A stretch of DNA of 64,000 nt. Origin: Podarcis melisellensis (Eukaryota). Where the stretch lies: assembly GCA_964234715.1 (NCBI GenBank), contig OZ174279.1. One strand, written 5' to 3'. Position numbers and translations under genes: made by a program. Shown piece after piece: positions 1 through 11,300 of this stretch (position 1 is the stretch's first letter; each line of letters starts with the position of its first letter). The notes beneath the pieces were generated by a model, which ran no database searches, was not told the origin of the DNA, and was given only the letters and a program-made list of their open reading frames with translations.

Positions 1-736
1 TTTTGTATTTTTGATATTTTTGTATTTTTGATATTTTTGTATTAATATTGAAAATTCTAATAAATATCTTTTTTTAAAAAACAGAATATGTACTTGTCTG
101 TGCAAACATGTTTACCAATAAAAACCCAGAAAATGTCAGCCGCACAAAACTGATAAAATGGGAACTGAAATGTCAATAAGTGGTTCCTGAAGGTTGCTGA
201 ATGTTTGCTTAACATTTAAATCTCCATCTCCCCCCCCATTTCCCAGTAGCCTGAACAACTTAGCATGATGAACCACTTTAATGAGCAGTAGTGTGCCACA
301 TGCCTAAGTCTTCTTCCATAGTTTGAAAAACTTTAAATCCTGCATGCATAGCATTACACTCTTGCATTCCATGCAAATATTCATCCTGAATAACTATTCC
401 TTCCAGGGTTATTTTGTACAGTAATCACAATCACCAAGGGCTGAACTACACAATCAGCAGACAAGGTCACTATAATGGGCTTCGAATAACATTATTGGCC
501 TGAGAGGCTTTGGAAAGCAGCAGAAACATCTTGGTGCCTTACCGTATCCACGTCCCAGCATTCCAGGTGAGACGGCACTTTCCTTCTGCAAGAGAACCTG
601 GATAAAAAATGCATCATGAAAAAAACAAGCTTCCTCCATTGTTTGTCTTTTCTGTTTTACTGCACAGCTTCCAATTGATGCTTTTTGTTTTTGTAGTACT
701 ATGTAAACTTGTGAGTTCTACCTGAAAAGTAGTATG

Positions 737-960
737 CAGTGGTACCTCGGGTTAAGAACTTAATTCGTTCTGGAGGTCTGTTCTTAACCTGAAACTGTCC
801 TTAAACTGAAGCACCACTTTAGCTAATGGGGCCCCCTGCTGCTACCGCACCGCCAGAGCATGATTTTTGTTCTCATCCTGAATCAAAGTTCTTAACCTGA
901 GGTACTATTTCTGGGTTAGCAGAGTCTGTAACCTGAAGTGTATGTAACCCGAGGTACCAC

Positions 961-962
<2 letters not shown>
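737..962. mobile_element. Tc1/mariner (Tigger-like) MITE, copy 1
   Basis: TIRs cagtggtacctcgggtta...taacccgaggtaccactg, TA at right flank; similar copy at 10685. Confidence 0.85.

Positions 963-964
<2 letters not shown>

Positions 965-1003
<39 letters not shown>
965..1003. repeat. (TG)n microsatellite
   Basis: Direct reading. Confidence 0.95.
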
Positions 1004-1005
<2 letters not shown>

Positions 1006-1409
1006 TACTGGATTAGACACTTTTAAATTGAAACTAGGAAAGTAAATTCTTCCCTTATATGAAACTCATAGCAATCCTTCCTTCAACAATGTTTTTAGAT
1101 TTTGTCATTTTCCTCAATTCTGCTACCATTTGCCTTTTCTCTTTGGATACTTTCTCATAAATCACAGATATTTCGCAAACAAATATTATAGGTTTCCAAT
1201 TTGAAACTGGGAGCAGATGATTTCTATTAATTATAGGGGTGTGTCAAAATTTAAAAAGTATTGAAATTGTATTAATGAAAAGACAACTGACCTTTTGCCA
1301 AAAAGTGATATACAAATAAACAATGATGACAACGGCTATACGGAGTTTCTGTCTGTTTATAAATAATTTATAGATGAAGTTGCACATAATTTTACTTACA
1401 TATTTTTAA

Positions 1410-1608
1410 ATTATTACATTTATAACCCACCTTTTTTCCAAGGAGCTAAAGATGGTGGTGTACACCCTTCTTCCGCTCTCTTGTGAAGTAGGCTAGGCTG
1501 AGAGACAGAGCCTGGCCTAAGGCCACCCAGTGGTTTTCATGGATGAGTGGGGGTTTAAACACTGGTCTCCCGGGTCTAAGACGACTACTACCACACGCTG
1601 GCTCTCAA
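1410..1608 (-). mobile_element. MIR/CORE-like SINE remnant
   Basis: tgtgaagtaggctaggctgagaga...ggccacccag...ctggctctc pattern of amniote SINE2 elements. Confidence 0.55.
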
Positions 1609-2689
1609 ATGGTAAGGAATTATTACTAGAGATGGAATCCAAGGGGATGAACTGTGGAATTAAATAAACTTGAGAATGAGGGAATGGTGAAAAGAATGAT
1701 TACATTTTGATAGATGATCTTATTTTGGGAATAATAATATTAAAAGGCAGCCTGATATTTGGTAACGGAGGCAGAAAATGCAAATGGAAGCCCTATGGTA
1801 ATGTAATTAATACTTGACAACTTGGTAGCTTAAAATCCACTGTGTGAGGAAGACCCACAATTTCATGCATAATGGCAAAGACAACCCTAATAATAATGTT
1901 AATCTGATTTGGTGATCCCAACCCAAATAGCGTGGCAGCAAAGTACAGACTAGGTAAGAGTTTTTGCACGTTCAAGAGACTCCCCATATTTGCAGGAGAG
2001 TGTCACAGTGTTTACAAAAAGCAGACCTCCTGAAGGCAGCATATGCACAAAGCCCACAGAACAGTTGTGTGCATTCACAGAAATAAAGACTTGCCTTTTG
2101 GCTCTTGTGTTTCCTAGCCACTAACAACAGATCCTCTCCAGTGCTATTATTTATGATTTTAAAATAAAAACTGATAACCCCCTTGATCATAAAATATCCG
2201 AGGGGTGAACAAAAGTACATTGAGAATAAAGACCCAGAAGATACATGCCCAGTACAACTTATGGATTTACACTCTTTTGAGATATTAAAATCTAGCTAGG
2301 GTTGGGCAGTTTGTAATAATATTTAGTGTGTGGGTTAAGAACATTATTATGCTATTATTATAATGTCCATCCAGCGTGGTGTACAAGCTTTTTTATTCAA
2401 TAATAATATATTAATGTATAATGGAAGAAAATCCTTAATTACCGTATATTCAGTACAATGCTAGCTACAGATAAAACTAATAACCATTCATTTCACAAAG
2501 TGAATAGTAAAAAGAAATAAAGTTTTGTGTTTAGTGTTTTATTGAAAATAGTCATTGGAAAGCTTTATTACTGTGTTTATTAGAGGGTTTTTTAATGCAT
2601 TGGTTTTAACTGCATAAAATTATTTTAATAAATATAAATGAATAAAAGAGCTGGAAATGCAGAAAAACAAAGTTGCTGAGGAACCATCT

Positions 2690-3590
2690 TGCGCTCGGGG
2701 AGAGACAGAAACAGTCTGGTGAGTTGGGGAAGTATCCAATTCTCCATCTGTCCGGACCTCCCGCCCTCCTCCCTTAAGCATCCAAGAGTCTCCAAAGCTC
2801 CCGAGTCTGCAAGGGGCTGCGCTCAAGAGTTTCCCGCGGGCTCCGGCCTTTGGGAGCCGGGGATGGCCTTGGGGGGCGCAGGGGTTGCGCGCAGATGTCC
2901 TGGCTTGCTCCCGGGCCGGGGAGGGGGCTCGGGCAGCTGGGAGGGGCCAGAGCACCGACCGAGAGAAAGCGGCCGGCAGGCGGGCCGGGGAACGGAAGGG
3001 AGGGCAGGGCGGGGACTGGAAAGGAGGTGAGGCTGTTCTCCTGGGTCCAGCCCCCTCGCTCCACGCCGAGAGAAATCCGCTATGGGCACCGGCGCCCGAC
3101 GGAGCGCCCTCGCTGTAGCCTTTGCTCTCCTTCTCCCGCAGAGGCGGCGCCCCCCAGTGTCCGCGAGGGGGCAGCGGCAGGTGAGGCTAATCTCCCCCCC
3201 TTCCCCAGGCGCGCGTGGGTTGGGCGGCTTTCTGAATCGATCTCTCGCTCTCTCCGGCCTGAGCGCGACCAAGCGTGGGATCTGTCGGAGCGCGCGCGAG
3301 AGAGAGAAGTTGAGACTTTCCTAACTCCCTCCCGGGCGGCGGACAGTGGCGATTGGCGGGTCGCGGGGAGGGCGAGTCTGTGCCTCCCTCCCAGCCGGAG
3401 CTGAGCTCCGTGGCGCCGGTGGCAGTGCCGCTTACTTCCTCCTCCTCCGTGCCGCCTCGTTGGGGCGCCGCAGGTGAGGAGTCTTTTCGGTGAGAAGGAC
3501 TTTCCGGGAGGAAGTGTGCGAGTTGGGCTGCTTGGAGGGTGGCACGGATGGGACGGCCAGTGTGTTTCATCCTTCTGGCAGCGCCTCTTA
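2690..3590 (+). promoter_or_regulatory. CpG island / promoter and first exon(s) of the prominin gene
   Basis: Abrupt GC- and CpG-rich block after AT-rich DNA; GC box (gggcgggg ~3006); candidate donors ag|gtgagg at 3026, 3180 and 3473. Confidence 0.75.
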
Positions 3591-4947
3591 GTTCTGGCTG
3601 GTGTTTCCTGAGTAGGGGGGCTGTTGTCTGGGATGTTAGTTCTTGGAGTGGTAGGGGCTAGAGTTTGGCGCTAAAGAGGCGCTGTTTCTGCCATGTGCTT
3701 CTTAAGGACCTGAGAAATGCTCCTGCCCCGAGTCAGGCCAGAGGCTCATCTTGTCTGGCCACTTGTTTCTGCACCCCCCCCCCTGATGATCCTGGGCCCC
3801 CTTAAAGCTTCCACATCAGCTTTGAATCTGGAAGGGAACCCGAGGGACATCCACTCCAACCCCCTGCCATGCAGGAATCTCAGATAAAGCTTCTGTCCTG
3901 CTTTCCTCCCTCTCCATCCAAGAAATATTCAAAAGGACAGTATTTCCAGCCTTTAGCTAGAATAGTTATCTAGCTTCTAGGGTCATGTGCAGTCCTCTAA
4001 AAACGCAAACGTGCTGTTGAAAAGATTATTTTTCTCCAGCGAACTCTGTAGTTCAGGAAGGCAGAAAATAAGCACATAAAGTTGTCCCCTCCCCGCTGAA
4101 TTCTATGCTGGAAAATGCGTCACCTGTTGAATTTTGGTTTGTCAGGCAGCGATTAAATACATAGAGATCCGGTGGTGATGATAACAAATAACTTGCCACA
4201 TCCCATCTCAGAAGAGGTTTGCTAACCAAACAATTCATTTGGGTGATACAGCTCTGTAGCCCAATGTTATTCAAACCATTTTGAGGGGGATCATAAGGGT
4301 AAGGTGCAAAAATGGCTTTGTTGTGCTTTAATTCTAAAGCAGACTCCCCCAGCCTGGTGCCCTTCAGATGTTTTGGGCTGCAATTCCTATCGGTTCCAGC
4401 CAGCACAGAGGCTAATGGGAATTGTAGTCCAAAGCGTATGAAGGGCCCCAACTTGGGACAAGCTGTTAGAAAATAATGAACTCCTCAACATGACTGCAAT
4501 ACTGGGCCCTGCTGCATCATGGTCAGTGTTTGAACTCCTGAAGTCTTCCTTTCCTTGCAGTCGTTTGCATTTTCTTGCTGTGCTCTTGCCCATATACTGT
4601 TGGCTATGACTGAGGTTGGCAGAGGGGAAGGTGGTAGTATTCAGATAACAGGTAGCGCATAGGCCTCCTAACCTTCTGTGCCAGCCCCCTAAGCTACTGT
4701 TTGAAGGTTATGGGGTGGCATGATTTGGCTAAAATTGGGTGAGGAAGGAGTTAAGGGCATGAGCTTGTGGATTGCATTAAGGGCCTCCTATTTTCACCTC
4801 TGTGTCCTCTGTCCTAACTCTAGAACATCCCTGTTGACTACATTATCCACCCACATTCCAACTTGGACAAGGAAGTTGGTGCTATTTCATGTCTAACCCC
4901 CCCCCCACTGCAGTCTTTTCCTGGTTGACTTCTGAGCTGCACCAACT

Positions 4948-5172
4948 CACTAACACCTTTGCTTTATTGCAGGCAGGCAGTTGAGTTCCCTGGTCTTGTG
5001 GGGCAAAATTCTCAAATCCTTTCCATCCAAGGCAAGGGTGAAAAGAAACCATTGCAGAGGCCAGCTGTCCTTCTAGGGCAGGGATTCTGTGAAGGAAATG
5101 ATCTGAAGCTCCTCAGGATCTTTCTGAGCTTGCCCAGGAACTTTGAAAGGGCCCTGCATTTCTACTACCAAG
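4948..5172 (+). other. Branch point, acceptor and probable 5' UTR part of the first prominin coding exon
   Basis: Consensus branch point cactaac (4948-4954), pyrimidine tract and gcag acceptor at 4972 with tandem gcag alternatives. Confidence 0.6.
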
Positions 5173-5302
5173 ATGGCTCTGCAAAACTTCACACAGCCTC
5201 AATATCACCCACAGCCCACTGGCCCAAGTGGTGGCCTGCTGGGCTTGTACAGTATGGTGCACTCCTTCCTAGGGATGGTACAACCCAACACCTTCCCAGC
5301 AG
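5173..5302 (+). CDS. PROM3: Prominin coding exon 1 ([15 protein letters not shown]...[15 protein letters not shown])
   Basis: ATG in strong Kozak context (aagATGg); donor AG|gtaagt at 5302/5303; N-terminal prominin motif. Start codon choice is less certain than the 3' boundary. Confidence 0.85.
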
Positions 5303-8300
5303 GTAAGTGGTATAGCAAGGCAGGTTTTGCCAGACCAGGTCTTCCCTATTATCAAGGGCTACTGTGGTACAGAATAAAATTGGGTTATGAGCCTGTGAAG
5401 GGAAAACATATCTTCTCCAAAGACCTTGATCAACAGCTTACTTTCTCCATTATGCACACAGGTCCCACTTTCCAAGCACCCACTAGGTGAATATTCACTT
5501 ATTGAACATGAGGAATTAACACCTGAACCTCGCTGTACACATCACAGATTCAGATATCAGAACCGAGAGCATTTTTTCCTTCCTTGTTTGCTTATTGGAG
5601 AGAGGGGAAACTGATGGGACAAATCAGAGTGCATTTTGCAGAGGGATTTCCTGGTTTGATTTTTGCGGGGGTGGGGGGAATCAAAATTCAATGATCAGGA
5701 ATGCGTTATAAATTTCCCCATAGGAATAAATGGAGATCAATGACTTGTTATTCAAATGCTCGCCAAACAAACGATTTCAGGGAACACATTGTGTTTAGAT
5801 AGCAGGACCTGCACATACCGAGAAGTTGCCTTTGGGATAGATGTTGCAGTTGACAACTTTCCCAGGATGAGACAAGAATTGATAACTGATAAGAGGTGTG
5901 GATGGCAAACAACTTTAGAGTTTCCAGTACCTTTCTATGGCACAGTGCAGGGATATACTGTCTACCTAGTGCTGGAGACAAAGGGCTATACCCTGCAAAG
6001 TTGGCCTGTTAGTGTGAGGAGTCCCACCTGTACAGCAGGACTGCCTCTCCCCATGTACACCCACACCCACAATCTGTTCTTTAGGATTGGAAAAAACCCT
6101 GGAACAGATTTGTGGGTGTGTAGACGAGAGGGAGAGGAATTCCCATTACTCTTGTGGAAGTTCTTGTACTAAGGGGATGACTTTGAATACAACCAGAAAA
6201 CTGTATTTTACTATGCTGGCATGAGATATTGTGTTTTTTGCTTTTGGAGTCCATACTTGTGACAGTATGACTAAAAAGTGGGTGGAGGAGATGATGGGGC
6301 ATACCGTAATTTACACATCAGTGAGTCTGGCAGATAGAAGCCACATACCATTAGCTGTTGGGTGCGTTTATTGTGCAATATTCCTTCCTCAAATGTTGAA
6401 AAAATATGAGCCAACCTTTGGAGAGTCTTCATATCTACTGAAAGAACAGCATGCAGTGCAATTCTGTGCATGTCTGTGCAGAAGTAAGCTCCAGTGAGCT
6501 TAATGGGAAATACTCCTCTGTAAGTGGGCACAGGAATGTGGCTTTTATTTCTCTCCTTGCTCCATTTGCCTGCTTGCTTGTTTCAGGCTCCTGTGCCAAT
6601 CGCCAGAACAGGTTTTTTTTTAAGTGTAAAAAAAAAAAACTTCTTAAAAAGAAAAATAAATTGCTGAAGAAATGTTTGATGACTTATTCATGCAGGCACT
6701 TGAGAAAACAACACAAAAAGAAAATGGTGTCTGAAGCACAGGAGACAATAGGCGCCTAGTTTATAACTACTGTGTGTGTCCTTTGAGGAGGGAAGGCAGA
6801 GGGAAGCAGCAGGAACCCTGCAGCAAAACAAAAGTCCACACCCACTCCTGTTTCTGTATATGCCTTTGTGCGGTTTAAGAGGAGCCACATAACTAACTTT
6901 CAGCCTGCCCATATGCATTTTGCAAGATAAACCTCCAAGCTGTGTCATGCTTTCTAATAAATGGCACCAGACTTTCATGTAAAACTCCAGCGGAAGGTCT
7001 TAGAGGTCTCTGGCAAGAAAGAGAGAGGGGTTATCCAGCTCTGAACACGTTGGTTCCGGTGGCAGAAAATACAAATGGCCCCTCACTACCAATGATTTGT
7101 TTAATTGCATCTTTGCCCATTTCACATAGCTGTCAACTTTTCCCTTTTCTTGTGAGGAATCCTATTGGGAATAAGGGAATTTCCCTTTAAAAAAGGGAAA
7201 CGTTGACAGGTATGCATATAATTGCAGTTTACAGGCAGCCTTCAAATGCAGCCCCACATACAGTCCAATGCAGTAGTCAAACCTGGAAGTTACCAGAGCA
7301 TGGATAACTACAGCTAAAGGCTCTTTGAGGTCAGAGCACAGGTCACCTGACACCACTAGCATGGCCTTGTCATTTAAAAATGTCCCTCATTCTCTGTGTT
7401 ATATATGAATAGGAGGGAGACATGATTAAAGAAGCGTGGCAGCCTCTGCTTCATCTAGTTTGGCCTTGAGGTAGGCTGTGTTATCTGGGATAATCACGAA
7501 GAAGGCCCTGAGATTATGATTTCTTATCTTCTTGTGATGCAACTTAAAACGTTGTTGGGTCCTCTTTTTGTAGCAGTGTGTTGCATGCTGACTCATGCTC
7601 TGTTTGTGGTCAGCAACCTTAACTTCATGACCTTCCCAACAGTTACTGACTCCTGCTCCTTTAAAGACCAGACACAGACAGACTCCTAAAATCAATGATA
7701 TAGCTAGTCACAATTTAATGGGTCGCGGTTTTTTTTGAGTAATAGCTAGTGAGAATCGGTGCCCCTTTTGACTTTCAAACCATCAAATTGGTTAGGTATG
7801 AATAAGATCCCTGCCCTTATGGAAAAAAATGACTCACAAATTAAGACTAGCAAGAGGAACAAAGCACAAAGATACGGTACCTTTGCGGGGAAATGCTGGA
7901 GCCTTACTTCATCCACAAATTCTCCAGAAAAGCAAAGACCAGTTCCAACTCATGGATCACTTAATAATTTTTTTAAAAAAGCAGATGTATACTGTTTTAA
8001 GTTTGGGTGTATGTACAGGAATACAGGTTTTCATAATGTATTTTTGGGGCATGTGAAATGTATAAAGGGGGGAGTGAACAAGGTCCAGCCTAAGAACAGC
8101 CATGCTGGATTAGTTTGAAGGTCTAGTTTGAAGGTCCAAGACTGGCCATCTTGGATGCTTCAGGTAAGGGATGAAGCCAAAAGCTTCCTCTTTGTTGTTA
8201 GTCCCCATATATGGTATTCAGAGGTTTATTGTCGGGGGGGGGGACCATTGTCAGTCCTGGGGCCACATTCCCTTCCGGGCAACCTTCCAAGGGTTGCATG

Positions 8301-11300
8301 CCAGTAATGGGTGTGGAAAAAGACACACGTGGGTAGAGCAATTAATGCAAATATTACTTTTCCTAGATAAGGCTATTTTCCTAACACGCACTCACACTCT
8401 CTTTCATCCATCCAGGCAGGCAAGAGGTGTTACTAGAGTTCAGGGGCTCATTCCAGCCAGGCAAAAACATTAGGTCTGCAGAGGAGAGCCAACGAGGGGT
8501 GTGGCCTGAGGAGAGTTCTGACTGTGAGATAGAGAGGCTTGGAGGACAACATTTTGCCCCTGGGCCTGAGGTTCCCTGCTCTGGGATCGTGCCTCTGACA
8601 AGCGAGGTTCTAACATGGCATTTAACATGGCTTCTAACATGGCATTTGCTGCCATTGTTGGTGCTCCCTGCTGGGTTTATATTTGCAATGAATTATCTGC
8701 CACAGCCCCTAAATTTGGCTAATTATGGCCAGTTCAGGAACCCACCAGTCTATCTGTGAAATGTTGGGTTTTATTGTCCAGATCACATATGCTACACAAC
8801 ATAAGAACCAAATATCTGTCATTTTGCTGTCTGTTCACAGTTTTGAGGGATCCTTTTGGAGTACCTTGCAGTCTCCTTAGGATTTACTGTGGTGAATATT
8901 TTGGCGGTCATTTGCAAATCTCATACCTGCCTCCAGATAATTTGTCAACAAGTAAAATATTGCTTCTCACAATAGAAAGTCCTTCAGGGTGGCCTTCATG
9001 GCTTATTTCCCTCATTTGTTTATTCTCTCTGCTTTTGATTGTTTGATCATTTGCCATTCCATAAGCAGACCTGTTCTCTTATCCCATGACTGCTAAGTTT
9101 ACTCAAGAGCTTTTGGTGGGAGACTCTCTCAGACGTTTGCTGGCAGTCCAATTATGTCAACTGGATCAGTCTAATTGATCTCCATGTTTTTGTTGGCAGT
9201 CTCACATAGTTATGCAAAGACTGGTTAGGCAGTACTTCACTGTGCAGCATGTTTGCAACCTGAAGAGCCATTAGCATGGACTTTGCCAAACTGCAGAACC
9301 CAGCCAGAAATAGACACCCCAGTATATTTTTCTGTCCTTCCATCATCAACCCCTGATGCCCTCAGTAGTGATTTTTTAAAATATACCTTTCATCAAGATT
9401 AGATGTAGCCCCTGGTGGCTGGATAAACTAGGCAGAGAATGGATTTCACAGGAAAATTGTACCCTTAAGTCCTTTGTAAGACATGTGGGGCAGAGGGAGT
9501 GAGGAATTGAGCTATTTTATCCTAAGCCTTGGGAGGGCAATGGGATTTAACAGGTCATCAAGGGAAGCTGAAACAGATAGGAATATTCGTTTGATGTCAG
9601 CACTCCACCTACTTTGGCTGGAATGGCACTCTTCATAGAATGCATGGGTACCAATATAACTGGTTGCAGCAAGGAAGCTGTTCCAGCTTCAGTCAATCAT
9701 TAACTTCTCTTTTTTTAAAAAAATCCCAAGTGATCTGATTCCTAGATGCAGAAGAGAGACGTGTGTTTGGGGGGCGGGGAGGAGGAAGGGAAAGAATGGA
9801 GCCAAGAGAGATGGCAAATGGGACCAGGAAGGAGGAACTGGAAGGGGAAGGTGGATGTCTTGGGAGGGAGGAACAATAAGTGCTGTCACCAAGGACTCTG
9901 TGGCCCATTATACATCACACTAAACCAAATAGTGGCTTGGCACAGATGAGCAAACATTCGGGTTGCTGGAAAGAAAAGTGCAAGCTGCTTTGCTCTTTCT
10001 GCCTTCGTGCTGCAAGCTATGGTTTGGCTTAGGGTTACATCTGAACCTCACAGTTTGTCTCAATCCAGAAAAGCCACGAGCTGCAGCCAAGGCTTGTTCT
10101 GTGGCTTACCACTCGTGGCTTGTCTGGGAGGAATAAACCAGGAGCCCGGCTCACAGGTGTGAACTGTGCCACAGAGTCCTGGATGACAGCACCTCTTGTT
10201 GCAATCTTCTCTTCCGAAATCCACATGGGTCCACAGTAAGCATTATAAAGTTTTTAAAAGGCTTGGTTCAGAGCCACGTCCTCAAGTTGTGTGGGGCCAT
10301 TGTCCACTCTGGGCGTTCAAATATCATGAGTCAGGGTTTACACATTTTGACCTTTTATGTTCTTTTATGATGTGGTTTCTTTATTTTTGTGGTTGCATTT
10401 TCCAGCTTCTCTGGCATGAGGGCTAAAAATCGCTGCCTTTGTTGCAATACTGCTAAGAATACTGTGCCATTTATTGATGTTCTGATGATTTAATCACAGT
10501 CATATTTTCTAAGATGGCTACAGCCTGTACTTTCTTGGAGGCAGAGGAACTGGGGTTCAAGCCTAGCAGAGAGCCGTACTGAAAGCCATGCCGATCCCCC
10601 CAGTTTCTCAAGAAGAGTTGCATGCTGAATTTTCTTAGTAGCAGTTTATTTATTTATTTTTACATTTCTTTATTAATTTATATACAGTGGTACCTCGGGT
10701 TAAGTACTTAATTCGTTCTGGATGTCTGTACTTAACCTGAAATTGTTCTTAACCTGAAGCACCACTTTAGCTAATGGGGCCTCCTGCTGCTGCCGTGCCG
10801 CCAGAGCCTGATTTCTGTTCTTATCCTGAAGCAAAGTTCTTAACCTGAAGCACTATTTCTGGCTTAGTGGAGTGTGTAACCTGAAGCGTATGTAACCTGA
10901 AGTGTATGTAACCCGAGGTACCATTGTACTGCCCTTCATCAAATGACCACAGGGTGATTTACAGCGTAGAACATAATACAGTAAGCAATATATGTCAATA
11001 TGTTACTAAATATCCATACAATAAAAAAGCCAGTTTATATAAATACCAATTATTGCGTATTATGAATTGTAGTGGAGAATATATAATAGTACATAATACT
11101 TTGTGAGCAAGACATACTAAGCAGCAATGTCAAATTATACACAATGTCTTCCCAGCAGTGAATATCACAACTCAACGGAGTTATTGCCTACTTATCTCAG
11201 GTGCAACTATAGAACATAGCGCATATCTAAGAACAATAGCCTCTTGATAAATATGGGAGGGGAAAACCTGCTGGATACCTAAAGTGCAGAAATAGTGTAC

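Noticed and set aside
2620-3570. Multiple 100-180 aa ORFs on both strands
   Set aside because: Low-complexity R/P/G/A products expected in a CpG island; no recognisable domain
5756-6172. 138-aa intronic ORF
   Set aside because: No fitting splice phase is needed (exon 1 joins exon 2 cleanly) and no recognisable domain
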